Below are positions 34,207-35,664 of a stretch of 35,664 bases of DNA, in pieces. The stretch's first letter is position 1. Every line of letters begins with the position of its first letter. The notes beneath the pieces were generated by a model. It was not told where the DNA came from. It searched no databases and saw only the letters and a program-made list of their open reading frames with translations. The DNA comes from Micavibrio aeruginosavorus (GTDB taxonomy: Bacteria; Pseudomonadota; Alphaproteobacteria; UBA9219), in contig DYNT01000001.1 in NCBI GenBank assembly GCA_020720905.1, positions 1 to 35,664 of the forward strand, written 5' to 3'. A program made the position numbers and the translations under genes.

Positions 34207-34991
34207 CCTCTTTTTCTTCCGATACCATGAAGCAGCTTGCCGGTAAAAAAGGGCTTGTGATCGGCATCGCCAATGACAGCTCTATCGCGTGGGGCTGTGG
34301 CAAAGCGTTCAAGCGCTTTGGTGCAGATTTGGCCGTGACGTATTTGAATGAAAAAACGAAACAGTATGTCGCGCCCTTGGCCGAGAGGTTAGAGGCTTCC
34401 ATCTTTTTGCCGTGCGATGTGCAAGAAGCGGGCGCGTTAGAGGCTGTTTTTGCCGCGATTGAGAAGCAGTGGGGGCAGTTGGATTTTGTTTTGCACTCCA
34501 TCGCTTTCGCCCCGCGTGAGGATTTGCATGGCCGCTTGACCGATTCTTCGCAAGAGGGCTTTCGGATTGCGATGGACGTATCGTGCCATTCGTTTATACG
34601 GACGGCGAAATTGGCTGAGCCTTTGATGAAAAACGGCGGCAGCCTTTTCGCCATGAGCTATTACGGCGCGGAAAAAGTTGTTGAGCATTACAATTTGATG
34701 GGGCCTGTCAAAGCGGCGCTGGAGGCTAGCGTGCGCTATTTGGCTTATGAATTGGGCGGCAAGGGCATTCGCGTCCACGCCATTTCCCCAGGGCCGATTA
34801 AGACTCGCGCCGCCAGCGGCATTGCGCATTTTGACGAATTGATGGATAAAGCGGCCGAGCGCGCGCCGATGCAACGGCTTGTTTCCATCGATGATGTTGG
34901 CGCGGCCACGGCGTTGCTGGCGACCGATGCCGCCAAACTGATCACAGGGGAAACCCTTTATGTTGATGGCGGCCTTCACATTTTGGGGTAG
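34203..34991 (+). CDS. fabI: Enoyl-[acyl-carrier-protein] reductase (NADH) FabI
   Basis: GKKGLVIGIANDSSIAWG is the nucleotide-binding motif. SYYGAEKVVEHYNLMGPVKAALE is the Tyr/Lys catalytic region. ISPGPIKT is present. It has an ATGA overlap with motB. Confidence 0.9.
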   Translation: MTSFSSDTMKQLAGKKGLVIGIANDSSIAWGCGKAFKRFGADLAVTYLNEKTKQYVAPLAERLEASIFLPCDVQEAGALEAVFAAIEKQWGQLDFVLHSIAFAPREDLHGRLTDSSQEGFRIAMDVSCHSFIRTAKLAEPLMKNGGSLFAMSYYGAEKVVEHYNLMGPVKAALEASVRYLAYELGGKGIRVHAISPGPIKTRAASGIAHFDELMDKAAERAPMQRLVSIDDVGAATALLATDAAKLITGETLYVDGGLHILG

Positions 34992-35062
34992 GCTATTAAT
35001 CCGACAATAAGTTGGTTTACAAAGAGATGAATAATCCTGTTGTCATGTGTGGACGCTCTCGT

Positions 35063-35082
35063 CCCGCCGCCCTTGCGGCGGG
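35063..35082. terminator. GC-rich hairpin between convergent fabI and DUF2155 genes (possible bidirectional terminator or REP-like element)
   Basis: An 8-bp perfect stem CCCGCCGC / GCGGCGGG with loop CCTT. There is no adjacent T- or A-tract, so a terminator call is weak. Confidence 0.3.
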
Positions 35083-35177
35083 CGAAGAGAGGGAGGGCGG
35101 GGATCCCGTTTGGTTTCTTTTAAATTTGCCAAATCTTGAACTGTTTTGAGTCTCTATGATTTTGTGCTTCTCCTTTT

Positions 35178-35582
35178 TTAAGGAGTCGTTGCCGTTGCGC
35201 TGCTCTTACATCCCATCAGCCATAAATCATAGACGGGATGCTCCATCGCTGATAAAGCGGGGCTCGAGGCGAACATCCAGCCCTTAAAAACGCCCGTTTC
35301 TGTTTGTCCCGTCTTCATTTCGCTGACCTCCAAAAAGGCCGCCGATTCCGGCGTTTCATCAGGGGTTGTTTCGCGGCAGCTATGCGCCGTAATGAAAAGC
35401 GTGCCAAACTTATAGGGTGTTTCCGTTTGGACATCGATTTCTTCGACCCGCGCCGTCACCTTGTCCAAAACGCGCAAAGTCGCCATGGGCTTTTCCACGC
35501 TGGGCGCAGCGGCATAAGCGGCAGGCGAGGCAGCCAACAACGCCACAATCCCACCCCAAAAAACGAGTGAGCGCCTCTTCAC
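35178..35582 (-). CDS. DUF2155-family periplasmic protein
   Basis: It has a signal peptide (AAYA|A). The sequence ATLRVLDKVTARVEEIDVQ...FGTLFITAHSCRETTPDETPESAAFLEV is characteristic of alphaproteobacterial DUF2155. It uses a GTG start. Confidence 0.75.
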   Translation of the reverse strand: MKRRSLVFWGGIVALLAASPAAYAAAPSVEKPMATLRVLDKVTARVEEIDVQTETPYKFGTLFITAHSCRETTPDETPESAAFLEVSEMKTGQTETGVFKGWMFASSPALSAMEHPVYDLWLMGCKSSATATTP

Positions 35583-35664
35583 GGGAGCGTCGGCTCAGCC
35601 GCAGGAGCAGGAGCGACAGGAACGGGAGCCGCAGCGGGTGGCGCAGCGGGTGGCGCGGCGGGCG
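35579..35664 (-). CDS. 3' end of an upstream gene with Pro/Ala-rich C-terminal tail (partial)
   Basis: On the minus strand the frame is open from the window edge. It reads ...PAAPPAAPPAAAPVPVAPAPAAEPTLP* and its TGA overlaps the GTG start of the DUF2155 gene (GTGA). Only 27 codons are visible. Confidence 0.3.
   Translation of the reverse strand, partial: PAAPPAAPPAAAPVPVAPAPAAEPTLP

Noticed and set aside
32587-34979. Minus-strand ORFs 32587-33381, 33354-33731, 34121-34654 and 34437-34979
   Set aside because: They lie antisense to motA, motB and fabI, which have unmistakable family motifs. Their translations are Arg-rich and low-information.
1-35664. CRISPR arrays, tRNA/rRNA genes, IS elements, integrases and toxin-antitoxin or defence-system signatures
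   Set aside because: None were seen. The only sizeable repeat is the intragenic 621-bp paralog block, and the only microsatellite is (CCT)7. Intergenic regions are short and lack cloverleaf-like or repeat-spacer structure.

Overview
The window looks like an alphaproteobacterial chromosome or large replicon, judged from cpaABCDEF-tadBC gene order, a DUF2155 gene, and motAB and fabI context. GC is about 50% by eye and was not computed. There are three blocks.

(1) 1-21011, plus strand: about 20 co-directional, tightly packed genes.
- Four tandem paralogs encode about 460-515 aa secreted cysteine-rich proteins of a family I cannot name. The first is cut by the window edge.
- These are followed by an unknown cytoplasmic protein, an SLT lytic transglycosylase, a DsbC-like CxxC oxidoreductase and a small membrane protein.
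- Next comes a DotD-DotC-DotB-IcmT (IncI TraH-I-J-K) module.
- After a 364-bp gap sits an R64/SPI-7-type type IVb pilus module: PilL, PilN secretin, PilO, PilP, PilQ ATPase, PilR platform, PilS prepilin and a PilV-like minor prepilin.
- No other Dot/Icm core genes, coupling protein, relaxase, integrase, shufflon or prepilin peptidase lie in this block.
- This hybrid locus plus the paralog array is my best candidate for an undescribed system.
- Paralogs A and B share a 621-bp block with a single mismatch, set inside otherwise strongly diverged genes. This points to recent gene conversion.

(2) 21160-23449, plus strand: small periplasmic and housekeeping genes.
- A Spy/CpxP-like protein and a His/Pro-rich surface-antigen-like protein.
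- 5-formyl-THF cyclo-ligase.
- A cysteine-less LMW-PTP/ArsC-like protein.

(3) 23456-31845, minus strand: a Tad/Cpa pilus operon, cpaA-B-C-D-E-F-tadB-tadC, with no flp pilin and no tadD/E/F/G visible. It is followed on the plus strand by motA, motB and fabI. A convergent DUF2155 gene and a partial Pro/Ala-rich ORF sit at the right edge.

I saw no rRNA, tRNA, CRISPR array, IS element or integrase.
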